Made by a program: the position numbers and the translations under genes
Notes under the pieces: generated by a model
What the model was told of the DNA's origin: nothing
The model's database searches: none
Seen by the model: only the letters and a program-made list of their open reading frames with translations
Source: the human T2T-CHM13v2.0 reference genome, Homo sapiens
Direction: 5' to 3' (one strand)
DNA length: 64,000 bases
Assembly (NCBI RefSeq): GCF_009914755.1
Contig: NC_060927.1
In this document: piece by piece, positions 62,601 to 64,000 of the stretch
Layout: each line of letters starts with the position of its first letter
How positions within the stretch are numbered: position 1 is the first letter of the stretch

Positions 62601-64000
62601 ATATATTCTATACTGTACAAAAAATATCAAAGTACCCAAAGCATGTATTATATACTGTACATAAAATATGAAAGTACATCAAATATAGATTATATACTGT
62701 ACATTAAGTACCAAAGTACACCAAATATATATTTTATACTGTACATGAAATATCAAAGTTCACAAACCATACATTATATACTTTCCATAAAATATCAAAG
62801 TACCCATGGCATATATTCTATACTGTACAAAAGATATCAAAGTACCCAAAGCATGTATTATATACTGTACATAAAATATGAAAGTACATCAAATATATAT
62901 TTTATTCTGTACATAAAATATCAAAGTACACCAGATATATATTCTATAGTGTACATAAAATATCAAAGTACCCAAACTATACATTATATACTGTACATAA
63001 AATATGAAATTACATCAAATATATATTATATTAGGTACATAAAATAAGAAAGTACATCAAATATAGATTATATACTGTACATAAAATATCAAAGTACCCC
63101 AATATATATTATATACTGTACATGAAATATCAAAGTTCACAAACTATATATTATGTACTGTATATAAAATATCAAAGTACCCAAGGTATATATTCTATAC
63201 TGCACAAAAAATATGAAATTACCCAAAGCATGTATTATATACTGTATATAAAATATGAAAGCACATCAAATATATATTTTATTCTGTACATAAAATATCA
63301 AAGTACACCAGATATATATTCTATAGTGTACATAAAATATCAAAGTACCCAAACTATACATTATATACTGTATATAAAATATGAAATTACATCAAATATA
63401 TATTATATTAGGTACATAAAATACGAAAGTACATCAAATATAGATTATATACTGTACATAAAATATCAAAGTACCCCAATATATATTATATACTGTACAT
63501 GAAATATCAAAGTTCACAAACTATATATTATGTACTGTACATAAAATATCAAAGTACCCAAGGTATATATTCTATACTGTACAAAAAATATCAAAGTACC
63601 CAAAGCATGTATTATATACTGTACATAAAATATGAAAGTACATCAAATATAGATTATATACTGTACATTAAGTACCAAAGTACACCAAATATATATTTTA
63701 TACTGTACATGAAATATCAAAGTTCACAAACCATACATTATATACTTTCCATAAAATATCAAAGTACCCATGGCATATATTCTATACTGTACAAAAGATA
63801 TCAAAGTACCCAAAGCATGTATTATATACTGTACATAAAATATGAAAGTACATCAAATATATATTTTATTCTGTACATAAAATATCAAAGTACACCAGAT
63901 ATATATTCTATAGTGTACATAAAATATCAAAGTACCCAAACTATACATTATATACTGTACATAAAATATGAAATTACATCAAATATATATTATATTAGGT
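47800..64000 (+). repeat. Homogeneous 964-bp (23-mer) derived HOR array = unit X (377 bp) + unit Y (587 bp)
   Basis: ORF starts alternate at spacings of 377 and 587 (48243, 48620, 49207, 49584 ... 62158, 62535, 63122). 23x42-2=964. There is one CCATGG per unit (47925, 48889, ...), and translations are identical or nearly so across about 16 copies. Confidence 0.93.

Larger units (their letters stand above)
1..64000 (+). repeat. Satellite 1A (HSat1A / SAR / classical satellite I) tandem array, 42-bp monomer, A-rich strand on +
   Basis: Monomer consensus approx. ACATAAAATAT(C/G)AAAGT (17 bp) + ACCCAAANNTATATATTATATACTGT-like (25 bp), delimited by two GTAC sites and repeated without interruption or inversion across the window. 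This is the established 17+25-bp RsaI structure of human satellite I (HSat1A). Family assignment is from recognition, not a database search. Confidence 0.95.

Noticed and set aside
706-63502. About 130 ORFs (up to 422 aa) encoding a 14-aa repeat protein
   Set aside because: The 42-bp monomer is a multiple of 3 and happens to lack stops in one frame. ORFs start and stop at satellite SNVs and indels, frameshifting deletions are freely propagated, and there is no unique domain or gene structure.
48243-63502. Overlapping stop/start (ATGA) ORF chains resembling a translationally coupled operon
   Set aside because: These are produced by the 1-bp CCCCAAT deletion shifting the frame so that TGA falls within CATGAAAT at each HOR start. 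It is a repeat artefact.
1-64000. CRISPR-like array (conserved ~21-bp core CTGTACATAAAATATCAAAGT alternating with variable segments)
   Set aside because: The 'spacers' are homologous to each other and cycle with period 9. There are no unique spacers, leader or cas genes.
1-64000. Alpha satellite/CENP-B boxes, HSat1B, HSat2/3, or Alu/L1 insertions
   Set aside because: I saw no 171-bp period, no CENP-B box, no CATTC runs, and no GC-rich Alu, poly-A tail or non-satellite segment.
1-64000. TATA-box-like promoter motifs (TATATA, TATAAA)
   Set aside because: They are expected hundreds of times in this AT-rich repeat, with no supporting promoter context.
1-64000. Assignment to a specific chromosome or species (or to an AT-rich protist or organelle genome)
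   Set aside because: The repeat matches HSat1A structure, but there is no flanking unique sequence. Locus and species need alignment to T2T assemblies.

Overview
The whole 64-kb window is one uninterrupted, single-orientation, very AT-rich tandem satellite. Its 42-bp monomer has two GTAC (RsaI) sites giving 17+25-bp sub-units, and monomers are organised into a 378-bp 9-mer higher-order repeat (HOR). This matches human/primate satellite 1A (HSat1A, 'SAR', classical satellite I), known from the chr3/chr4 centromeric regions and acrocentric short arms; the chromosome cannot be assigned from this window. I see no gene, RNA gene, mobile element or CRISPR array. The ORF track is an artefact of a 42-bp (14-codon) unit being stop-free in one frame, but it is a useful barcode of HOR variants. 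The interest lies in the array architecture. (1) Positions 1-~47.8 kb are a mosaic of recognisable HOR variants with nested duplications at offsets 961, 1128, 1133, 3600, 3758, 3767/8 and 17677 bp, plus a near-identical >=12.2-kb duplication at offset 28,723 bp. (2) From ~47.8 kb to the end there is an abrupt switch to a young, highly homogeneous 964-bp (23-mer) chimeric HOR built from variants found upstream, which already shows 4233-bp super-periodicity and its own indel variants. All comparisons were made by eye and from ORF coordinates, so boundaries are approximate.
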